Shown in pieces: positions 21,524 through 31,406 of a stretch of 32,000 nucleotides of DNA. The notes beneath the pieces are model-generated. The model saw only the letters and a program-made list of their open reading frames with translations. It was not told the DNA's origin and did no database searches. The position numbers and the translations under genes are program-made. The stretch's first letter is position 1, and every line of letters starts with the position of its first letter. The stretch is from Mycoplasmoides genitalium G37. Lineage in GTDB: Bacteria > Bacillota_I > Bacilli_A > Mycoplasmatales > Mycoplasmoidaceae. The DNA lies in contig NC_000908.2 in the NCBI RefSeq assembly GCF_000027325.1, forward strand, positions 30,001 to 62,000, in the 5' to 3' direction.

Positions 21524-22381
21524 ATGCACATTAAGAAAAAATACTGACTTCTGCTCCCCTTCTTTTTATTAATGACAATCTTCTTTATTATTCCAATGGC
21601 ATGGATTATTGTTAGTGGATTACAAAGTGAAGATGGGGCTAGTATTAGTCAAAAATATGAACCACTTGTTAGTGGCTTAGGTTTTTTTAACAGTTTCTGA
21701 ACCAGTTTGTGGATCTCAATAGTGACTGTAATTGTTGCATTGTTGTTTTCTTTTCCTTTTTGTTACTTTCTCTCCCAATCAAAAAACAAAATTTTTAAAG
21801 CGTTTGTTATTTCAATTGCAACAGTTCCTATTTGAAGTAGTTTTCTTATTAAGTTAATTGGATTGAAAACCCTACTTGATTTATTAATTGGACTTTCTTT
21901 AAACAGAGTTGGTGATAACAACTTAACTTTTGGTTCAGGATATACCTTACTTGGAACAATTTATCTGTTTACTCCTTTTATGTTTTTACCACTTTATAAC
22001 CACTTCTGTGTTTTACCTAAAAACTTGTTGTTAGCTAGTCAAGATTTGGGTTATAACTGGATTTACAGCTTTGTGAAAGTAGTAATTCCTTTTTCTAAAA
22101 CCGCAATGTTATCAGGAATTGCTTTAACTTTTTTCCCTGCTTTAACTTCAGTTGCAATTGCTCAGTTTTTAGATAACTCTAACCAAGCCGAAACCCTTGG
22201 TAACTACATATTTACCTTGGGTAATAATGGTTATGATAGTGCAATTGAAAGAGGCAGAGCTGCTGGAGCAATTATTATTGCTGCTTTAATTACTTTTGCA
22301 ATTTACTTTACTGTTGTTTTTTTGCCTAAAATTGTCCGTATTGTTCATAACAAATGAAAACAACATGAAAAAGCATTTTAA
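21524..22381 (+). CDS. potB: ABC transporter permease (PotB-like, 285 aa)
   Basis: ATG 21524 is the first start after an in-frame TAA at 21506. It is open to TAA 22379-22381 with TGAs read as Trp. It has multiple TM segments and the EAA-loop-like [23 protein letters not shown]. Confidence 0.9.
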
Positions 22382-23219
22382 GAATTTAATTAAAAACAGT
22401 TATTTCTTTCTGTTAATAACTTTAATCTATTTACCACTTTTAATAGTTGTACTTGTTAGTTTAAACGGTTCTTCTTCAAGAGGAAATATAGTGCTTGATT
22501 TTGGTAATGTTTTAAATCCTAATCCTGATTCTAAATCTGCTTATTTAAGATTAGGTGAAACTGATTTTGCAACACCACTAATAAATTCAATCATTATAGG
22601 TGTGATCACTGTTTTAGTGTCTGTTCCTATTGCTGTTATCAGTGCGTTTGCGCTTTTAAGAACAAGGAATGCTTTAAAAAAGACAATCTTTGGAATTACT
22701 AATTTTTCTTTAGCAACTCCTGATATTATTACTGCTATCTCTTTAGTGTTGTTATTTGCTAACACTTGATTAAGTTTTAACCAGCAGTTAGGTTTTTTTA
22801 CCATTATTACTTCCCATATCTCTTTTTCAGTGCCTTATGCATTGATTTTGATTTACCCTAAAATTCAAAAATTGAATCCTAATTTAATTCTTGCTTCTCA
22901 AGATTTAGGCTATTCGCCTTTAAAAACTTTTTTCCATATTACTCTACCTTATCTAATGCCAAGTATTTTTTCAGCAGTACTAGTAGTATTTGCAACTAGT
23001 TTTGATGATTATGTAATTACCTCTTTAGTACAAGGATCAGTAAAAACTATAGCAACTGAACTCTATTCATTTAGAAAAGGAATTAAAGCATGGGCAATCG
23101 CCTTTGGGTCTATTCTCATATTGATTAGTGTCTTAGGAGTCTGTTTAATAACCCTGCAAAAGTATTTAAGGGAAAAAAGAAAGGAAATAATCAAAATAAG
23201 ACAATGAAAAAACAGTTAA
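22365..23219 (+). CDS. potC: ABC transporter permease (PotC-like, 284 aa)
   Basis: ATG 22365 ([26 protein letters not shown]) to TAA 23217-23219, joining track ORFs 22296.. and 22830.. (same frame). EAA loop: [23 protein letters not shown]. Confidence 0.9.
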
Positions 23220-24655
23220 AATATTGCTTTTTCTCACTTTTTGTTAGTCTCTCATCAATATTGAGTAGTTGTGGTTCAACAACATTTGTACTAGCTAACT
23301 TTGAATCTTATATTTCGCCCTTATTGCTAGAAAGAGTACAAGAAAAACATCCCTTAACTTTCTTGACTTATCCTAGTAATGAAAAACTAATTAATGGTTT
23401 TGCTAACAACACTTATTCAGTAGCAGTAGCATCTACTTATGCAGTTAGTGAATTGATAGAAAGGGATCTATTATCACCAATAGATTGAAGTCAGTTTAAT
23501 CTGAAAAAAAGTAGTAGTTCAAGTGATAAAGTAAATAATGCCAGTGATGCAAAGGATTTGTTTATTGATTCAATTAAAGAGATCAGTCAACAAACCAAAG
23601 ATAGTAAAAACAATGAATTACTGCATTGAGCAGTTCCTTATTTTCTTCAAAACTTAGTGTTTGTTTATCGTGGTGAAAAAATTAGTGAACTTGAACAGGA
23701 AAATGTTTCATGAACTGATGTAATTAAAGCAATTGTGAAACACAAAGATCGCTTTAATGACAATAGGTTAGTTTTCATTGATGATGCTAGAACGATCTTT
23801 TCACTTGCTAACATCGTTAATACTAACAACAATTCAGCTGATGTTAATCCAAAGGAAGATGGAATTGGTTATTTCACTAATGTCTATGAAAGCTTTCAAA
23901 GACTTGGATTAACAAAATCTAATTTAGATAGTATCTTTGTTAATTCTGATTCCAATATTGTGATCAATGAATTGGCAAGTGGTAGAAGACAAGGAGGAAT
24001 TGTTTACAATGGTGATGCAGTGTATGCTGCATTGGGCGGTGATTTACGTGATGAATTGAGTGAAGAACAGATTCCTGATGGGAACAACTTTCACATTGTG
24101 CAACCCAAAATTTCCCCAGTTGCTTTAGATCTTTTGGTTATCAATAAACAACAATCTAATTTTCAAAAAGAAGCACATGAGATCATTTTTGATCTTGCTT
24201 TGGATGGTGCTGATCAAACTAAAGAACAGTTAATTAAAACTGATGAAGAATTGGGTACTGATGATGAAGACTTTTACTTAAAAGGAGCGATGCAAAACTT
24301 TAGTTATGTGAACTATGTTTCACCATTAAAAGTAATATCTGATCCAAGTACTGGAATAGTCAGTTCCAAAAAGAATAATGCTGAAATGAAAAGTAAACAA
24401 ATGTCAACTGATCAAATGACTAGTGAAAAAGAATTTGATTATTACACTGAAACACTTAAAGCATTATTAGAGAAAGAAGATAGTGCAGAATTAAATGAAA
24501 ATGAAAAAAAACTAGTTGAAACCATTAAGAAAGCTTACACTATTGAAAAAGATAGTTCAATTCGGTGAAACCAATTGGTCGAAAAACCAATTTCTCCCTT
24601 ACAACGTAGTAATTTATCGTTATCTTGATTAGACTTTAAATTACACTGGTGATAA
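23204..24655 (+). CDS. potD: Substrate-binding lipoprotein, PotD-like, with low-complexity insertions (483 aa)
   Basis: ATG 23204 to TAA 24653-24655. Signal peptide with lipobox LSSC (Cys codon 23270-23272). PotD-like segments include [16 protein letters not shown] and [20 protein letters not shown]. Acidic or Lys/Ser-rich stretches lie near 24240-24275 and 24362-24560. Confidence 0.85.
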
Positions 24656-24656
24656 T

Positions 24657-25604
24657 ATGGAACAACCGTTGTGTGTTTTAGGGATTGAAACAACCTGTGA
24701 TGATACAGGTCTTAGTATTGTCATTGATCAAAAAATCAAGAGTAACATTGTTATCTCTTCTGCTAACTTACATGTAAAAACAGGAGGAGTTGTACCTGAA
24801 ATTGCAGCACGATGCCACGAACAAAATCTCTTTAAAGCAATAAGAGATTTAAATTTTGAGATAAGAGATTTATCTCACATTGCTTATGCATGTAATCCTG
24901 GGTTAGCAGGATGTTTACATGTGGGAGCCACTTTTGCTAGAAGCTTAAGTTTCTTATTAGACAAACCATTGTTACCCATCAACCATCTTTATGCGCATAT
25001 CTTTTCTTGTTTAATTGATCAAGATTTAAATAAGCTGCAATTACCAGCATTAGGCCTTGTAATTTCAGGTGGACATACTGCCATTTATCTAGTTAAATCA
25101 TTTTATGAACTTGAACTAATTGCTGAAACTAGTGATGATGCAATTGGTGAAGTTTATGACAAGATAGGCAGAGCAATGGGCTTTGATTATCCTGCTGGTA
25201 GTAAAATTGATAGTCTTTTTAATAAAGAATTAGTTAAACCTCACTATTTCTTTAAACCTTCTACTAAGTGAACTAAGTTTTCCTATTCTGGTTTAAAATC
25301 TCAGTGTTTAAACAAGATTAAACAAATAAGTGCTAATAAAACCCGAATTGATTGGAGTGAATTAGCATCCAATTTTCAAGCTACTATTATTGATCATTAC
25401 ATTGATCATGTTAAAAATGCAATTAAAAAATTTGCCCCTAAAATGTTGTTAGTAGGAGGTGGAGTTAGTGCCAATTCTTATCTATCTAACAGAATTAGTA
25501 CATTAAATTTACCCTTTTTAATTGCTGATAGCAAATACACCAGTGATAATGGAGCAATGATTGGTTTTTATGCATCACTTTTAATTAATGGCGATAAGAA
25601 TTAA
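24657..25604 (+). CDS. tsaD: tRNA N6-adenosine threonylcarbamoyltransferase TsaD (Gcp/Kae1 family, 315 aa)
   Basis: ATG 24657 to TAA 25602-25604. Motifs: [36 protein letters not shown] and [10 protein letters not shown]. Confidence 0.94.
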
Positions 25605-26739
25605 AAGTACAAGAGTTGGTAGATTTGTTTCTGAATCAGTGGGATTAGGTCATCCTGATAAAATTTGTGATCAGATTGCAGATAGTATCTTAGACCAATG
25701 TTTACTACAGAGTAAAACTAGTCATGTAGCATGTGAAGTCTTTGCTTCTAAAAACCTTATTTTAATAGGTGGTGAGATTTCAACAAGTGGCTATGTTGAT
25801 GTTGTTCAAACTGCTTGAAGAATTTTAAGAAATTTAGGTTACAACGAGACTGATTTCAGTTTTTTAAGCTGTATCAACAACCAATCACTAGAAATTAATC
25901 AAGCAGTTTTAAAAAATAATGAGATTAATGCAGGAGATCAAGGCATTACTGTTGGTTATGCAGTGAATGAAACAAAGCAACTAATGCCTTTAGGAGTTTT
26001 ACTAGCACACTCGTTTTTAAAACAAGCAGAAAAACTAACAAAACAATTTGATTTTTTAAAAAATGATATGAAAAGTCAAGTGGTTTTAAACTACAGTTTA
26101 AACCAAGTTGAATGTGAAGAAGTTTTACTATCAATTCAACACACTAATGCTATTAGTTTAACAGAATTGAGAAAAGTGATTGAAAATAATGTAATTCTAC
26201 CTGTTTTAAACCAATATGGTTTTCAAGATAAAAAGCCAACTTGTTTAGTGAATCCTGGTGGTTCTTTTGTTTTAGGTGGACCTATGGCAGATACTGGACT
26301 AACTGGTAGAAAAATCATTGTTGACACCTATGGTCCATATGCTCACCATGGTGGTGGTAGCTTTAGTGGCAAAGATCCTAGTAAGGTGGATAGAACAGGT
26401 GCTTATTTTGCACGTTTTATCGCAAAACATATTGTAAGTTTAGGCTGGGCCAGTGAGTGTGAAGTCAGTATTAGCTGAGTCTTTTCAAAACCCAATCCAC
26501 AATCTATTACTGTTAAGTGTTTTAACACTAACATACAGTATGATGAAGTGTTAATTAATAGAGTTGTAAATAACTATTTCAACTGATCGATTACTAAAAT
26601 TATTGACAAGCTAAAATTACTTGATTTTGTTAAGTATTCTGATTATGCAGTTTATGGACATTTTGGTAATGATCTTTCACCATGAGAACAGCCCACTGAA
26701 TTGGATAAATTAGAATGCTTAATCAAAAATTTCCATTAG
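25588..26739 (+). CDS. metK: S-adenosylmethionine synthetase (383 aa)
   Basis: ATG 25588 to TAG 26737-26739. Motifs: [49 protein letters not shown] and [15 protein letters not shown]. It overlaps the tsaD 3' end by 17 nt. Confidence 0.96.
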
Positions 26740-26972
26740 ATCCTAATAAAAAAAAGGAACAACAAGGCGTAGTAAAACCAAATCTACCGGTTGTTAAAGA
26801 AAAGAAAAAACAGCCATTTAAAAAACCAAATTGGAGTGAATTTAAGCTGTTCAACTTTTTTAAAAAGCACACTTATTTTTGCTTGGTTGTATTAGCTTTT
26901 CTTATCTTGATTATTTTACTTAGCAGCTTATTTGCTATTCCACTTAGCCAAATACCTTCAAGTACTGTTTAA
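26715..26972 (+). CDS. Candidate small membrane protein (85 aa): Lys-rich N-terminus plus a single C-terminal TM helix
   Basis: ATG 26715 to TAA 26970-26972. It fills the otherwise empty 229-nt gap between convergent metK and ffh. The sequence is [40 protein letters not shown]..., then TYFCLVVLAFLILIILLSSLFAI, then [11 protein letters not shown] recognise no homology, so coding status rests on ORF length, position and the positive-inside topology. Confidence 0.5.
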   Translation: MLNQKFPLDPNKKKEQQGVVKPNLPVVKEKKKQPFKKPNWSEFKLFNFFKKHTYFCLVVLAFLILIILLSSLFAIPLSQIPSSTV

Positions 26973-28309
26973 AAGAATTGTCCAAATCCACCAAACGGGT
27001 TACTACCTGTTTTTAATAGTTTACCCATTTCTGTTGCTTTTAGTTGCATCTTATTTCATTCCTTCATCAGTTTGTTTAACTCATCCATTTTTCTCCCTGA
27101 TCCTTTTATGATGCGCTGTTTTCTATTAGGATCACGATTAATTAATTTGGGATGTCTCCTTTCTTCTCTAGTCATAGAGTTAATTAAAACCTTTCATAGT
27201 TCAATTTTGTTTTCAATTAATTCAGCATTTTCTTCTGATACAGAAAAGTTAGCAGGCAACATTTTTATCAGTGAACTGACACTTCCCATTTTGTGCATTT
27301 GTTGCATGTAGATCAAAAGATCTTCTAAATCCATTTTTCCCAAAAACATCTTGCTGATGGTTTTAGTTAAATCTTTTTTATCAAAAACTTGTTCAGCTTT
27401 TTCAACTAAACTCATTACATCACCCAAACCTAAGATCCGATTGGCTATCCTTTCAGGATGAAATTGTTCCAATCCATCTAATTTTTCAGAAACACCAATT
27501 AATTTAATGGGTACTTGTAAAAGTGAAGCTAATGAAAGTGCAGCTCCTGCTCTAGCATCACTGTCTAATTTACTGATAATAAATCCAGTTAGTTTTAAAC
27601 GTTTGTGGAACGTTTGAGCAACATTGATAATTTCCTGACCGCTTAATCCATCTACTACCATGATAATTTCATCAGGATTTAATTCATTTTTAACACTTAC
27701 CAATTCATCCATTAATGTTTCATTTGTTTGTAATCTACCAGCGGTATCACAAATGATTGTTTGACATTTTGCAGTTTTAAAAGCACTGAGTGCTGCTTTT
27801 GTTGTTTTAGCAACTGGTTGAGTGCCTTGTGCAAAAAATACGCTGTTAGTTTGTTGTGAAAGCGTTTCAAGTTGTTCAATGGCAGCGGGTCTGTAGATGT
27901 CCAAGCCTACTAACATTGTTTTTTGCTTGTATTTCTTTTCAAGTCAATAAGCTAGTTTGCCACAAGTTGTTGTTTTACCTGATCCTTGTAAACCAACCAT
28001 CATTATTTTTAAAGGTCTTTTTTCATTTAGTTCTTGGTTGGGTTGGCTTAAGATATTAATTAGTTCTGTTTTGATTGTTTTTAATAGAGACTTTTGCAAA
28101 TCTTGACCAGGTTCAATGGTTTGTCCTACTGTTTTATCTCTAATTGCTTTGATGAAATTTTTAACAACAAGCAGGTTAACATCAGCATCAAGCAATGCAA
28201 TTCTAATCTCTTTTAGAACTAACTCTACATCTTTCTCAGTGATCGTTTGAGCGTTAATTTTTTTTTGCATCGTGCGCATAACGATGCTTGATAACATTGC
28301 TTTGAACAT
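26969..28309 (-). CDS. ffh: Signal recognition particle protein Ffh (446 aa)
   Basis: ATG 28307-28309 to TAA 26969-26971, joining track ORFs 27944..28309 and 27194..27916 and a further segment beyond the TGA at 27194-27196. It has the SRP GTPase motifs [15 protein letters not shown] and SKLD. The Met-rich M domain ends in the tail ..[19 protein letters not shown]. Confidence 0.96.
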
Positions 28310-28361
28310 GATTTTTAATTATTTATTATTAAATAATGTTTTAATAAAACAATATTGCAAT

Positions 28362-29078
28362 ATGACCCCACATATAAGTGCTAAGAAAGATGACATTAGC
28401 AAAGTTGTTTTAATGCCAGGTGATCCATTGAGAGCTAAATGGATAGCTGAGCAATTCTTAGATCAAGCTAAATTAGTCAATGAAGTGAGGGGAATGTTTG
28501 CTTATACTGGGCAGTATAAATCTAAAACAGTTACAGTAATGGGCCATGGAATGGGGATCCCTTCTATTGGAATTTATTCATATGAGTTGATGAATTTTTA
28601 TGAGGTTGAAACTATCATTAGAATCGGAAGTTGTGGTGCTTTAGCACCGCAATTAAAATTAAAAGATCTTGTTATTGCTTCAAAAGCATGAAGTGAGTCT
28701 ATTTATGCTAAAGACATGGGTGTTGAAATTCCAGAAGATAAGATCTTATTTGCAACAAGTTCTTTAGTGGAATTAGCAAAAGAAACTGCGATTAAGAACA
28801 AGCTTGATTTTCATGAAGGATTAGTATTTTGTGAGGATGCTTTTTATCAAACTAGAAAAGATGTAATTAGTCTTGCTAAAGAAAAAAATAGTTTAGCAGT
28901 TGAAATGGAAGCACATGCACTTTATGCTAATGCAATCCTGTTGAAGAAAAAAGCACTTACACTCTTAACAGTATCTGATTCTCTAGTAACTCATGAAGCA
29001 CTTAGTTCTGAATTAAGACAAAAGTCATTTAAGCAAATGGCTTTATTAGCACTTGAAATGACTCAAAAACTAATCTAA
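28362..29078 (+). CDS. deoD: Purine nucleoside phosphorylase DeoD type (238 aa)
   Basis: ATG 28362 ([33 protein letters not shown], nearly colinear with the E. coli DeoD N-terminus) to TAA 29076-29078. One in-frame TGA lies at 28689-28691. The upstream 30 codons of the track ORF overlap the ffh start and were dropped. Confidence 0.95.
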
Positions 29079-29081
29079 TCT

Positions 29082-29753
29082 ATGAAATTAGAATACAACC
29101 GGATTATTGATAGCACCTTAGTCAAAGCTGATACGCTTCCCCATGAAATAGATACTTTATGTGCTGATGCTCATAAATACCAGTTTTTTGCAGTGTGTGT
29201 TAATCCTAGTTATGTTAGTTATGCTAAAAACATCTTGAAAAATACTGCAGTTCAACTCTGTTGTGTTGTTGGTTTCCCCTTAGGACAAACAACCCAAAAA
29301 CAGAAGGTATATGAAGCTAAGATTGCTATTAAAGAGGGAGCGGATGAAATTGATATGGTAATGAATATTGCTGAGTTTAAAAAACGTTGTGCTTGTGTTA
29401 TTACTGAAATTAGAGCTGTTAAAAAAGTGTGTGGCAAGCGTAAATTAAAAGTAATTATTGAAACTGCACTTTTAACAAATGATGAAATCAAAGATGCAGT
29501 TAATGTTTGCATTGATGGCAATGCAGATTATGTTAAAACTTCCACTGGTTTTTCTTTCCGTGGTGCATCTTTAGAAGATGTTCAGATTATGAATAATGCT
29601 GCAGCAAATTTAATTAAAATCAAAGCTTCAGGTGGGATTAAAACAGCAAAGCAATTTATAGATTTATTTCAAGCTGGAGCTAGTAGAATTGGAACTTCAA
29701 ATGCGGTCCAAATAATGCAAGAATTAAAAAAAATGAACCATGAATATCATTAA
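29082..29753 (+). CDS. deoC: Deoxyribose-phosphate aldolase (223 aa)
   Basis: Complete ORF with [27 protein letters not shown] and the Schiff-base lysine context DYVKTSTGF. Confidence 0.95.
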
Positions 29754-31005
29754 TTTAATTAATAAAAAACAACGCGGAAAAGCTTTAAATTTAGCTGAAA
29801 TCAATTGGTTTGTTAATGCTGTTTTAAACAAAACCATTGCTGATTATCAAATTACTGCATTTTTGATGGCTATTTGGTTTAAAGGGATGAACCCAAATGA
29901 ACTTTTTTTATTAACAAAAGCAATGGTGGATACTGGTGAAATTATTAAGTTTAATCACCATGGCAAGATTAGTGTTGATAAACATTCAACTGGTGGTATT
30001 GGTGATAAGGTTTCTTTAGCATTGGTTCCTATCTTAACTAGTTTAGGATTTAGTGTTGCTAAATTATCAGGAAGAGGCCTTGGTTATACTGGTGGAACAA
30101 TTGATAAATTAGAAGCAGTTGGAGTTAAAACAGAATTAACTGACCAACAAGCACAAGCATGTTTAGATAAAAATGATTGTTTTATCATCGGACAAAGTAA
30201 GGACATCGCACCAGTTGATAAAGTACTTTATGGTTTAAGAGATATTACTGGAACAGTTGATAGTTTGCCTTTAATTGCATCTAGTATTATGTCTAAAAAG
30301 CTAGCAGTTATGAACGAGTATATTTTCATTGATCTTAAATATGGAAAAGGTGCCTTTTGTAAAACTAAGAAAATTGCTAACGAACTTGCAAAACTGATGC
30401 AAAGTATTGCTAAAAGTTTTAAAAGAAAGCTGTCTGTTAAATTAAGTGATATGAATCAAGTACTTGGTAAAGCTGTTGGCAATGTAATTGAAGTTAATGA
30501 AGCTGTTAACTTTCTAAAACAAGATTTAGATCAAGTAGGACAAGATTTTATTGATTTAATGCAAACAATTGTTATTAACATTCTACTTGAAACAAAACAA
30601 GCAAAAACCAAACAAAAGGCTATTGAACTTTATCAGGATGTTTTAACTAGTAAAAAAGCATGAAATCGCTTTTTATCTTTTATTGAATCTCAAGGAGGAA
30701 ATGTTGAATTATTTACTCAAAAAGAAGGTTTTTTTAAACCTAAGTATAAGGCATCTATAAAAGCTGAAAAAAGTGGTATACTACATTTTACTGATCCAAT
30801 TGATTTAGCTAAAATTGGGATTAATCTAGGGGCAGGTAGGATGAAGAAAACAGATCAAATTGATCCAATGGCAGGGTTATTTTTAATGAAAAAAGATAAT
30901 GAGTCTGTGGCAGTTGGAGACACTGTATTAAACCTGTATAGTTCTAGTCCTATTAGCAATGAATATATCTCTGCTGCTCAAAAAACAATAATTATTAATA
31001 AATAA
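29740..31005 (+). CDS. deoA: Thymidine/pyrimidine-nucleoside phosphorylase (421 aa)
   Basis: ATG 29740 to TAA 31003-31005, across the TGA at 30661-30663. Motifs: [28 protein letters not shown] and [16 protein letters not shown]. It overlaps the deoC 3' end by 14 nt. Confidence 0.95.
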
Positions 31006-31013
31006 AAATTCCT

Positions 31014-31406
31014 ATGAAGGTGAATTTAGAGTGGATAATTAAACAGTTACAAATGATAGTTAAAAGAGCATATACTCCCTTTTCTAACTTTAAAGTTGCA
31101 TGTATGATTATTGCTAACAACCAAACTTTTTTTGGAGTTAACATTGAAAATTCTTCCTTTCCAGTAACTTTGTGTGCTGAAAGAAGCGCCATTGCTAGCA
31201 TGGTTACAAGTGGTCATAGGAAAATTGATTATGTTTTTGTTTACTTCAATACTAAAAATAAGAGTAACTCACCCTGTGGAATGTGCAGACAAAACTTACT
31301 GGAATTTTCCCATCAAAAAACAAAGCTTTTTTGTATTGATAATGATAGTAGTTATAAACAATTTTCCATTGATGAATTATTAATGAATGGTTTTAAAAAG
31401 AGCTAA
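31014..31406 (+). CDS. cdd: Cytidine deaminase (130 aa)
   Basis: Complete ORF with the zinc-binding motifs CAERSAI and PCGMCRQ. Confidence 0.95.
   Translation: MKVNLEWIIKQLQMIVKRAYTPFSNFKVACMIIANNQTFFGVNIENSSFPVTLCAERSAIASMVTSGHRKIDYVFVYFNTKNKSNSPCGMCRQNLLEFSHQKTKLFCIDNDSSYKQFSIDELLMNGFKKS

Noticed and set aside
28272-28361. A 30-codon N-terminal extension of deoD ([30 protein letters not shown]).
   Set aside because: It would overlap the ffh start on the other strand. DeoD homology starts precisely at MTPHISAKK (ATG 28362), colinear with the E. coli DeoD N-terminus.
22541-31383. Other track ORFs: 22541..22804(-), 25946..26134(-), 27072..27311(+), 27856..28059(+), 29252..29521(-), 30995..31201(-) and 31174..31383(+).
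   Set aside because: Each is nested in, or antisense or out of frame to, a well-supported gene (potC, metK, ffh, ffh, deoC, cdd and cdd respectively), and none shows a motif.
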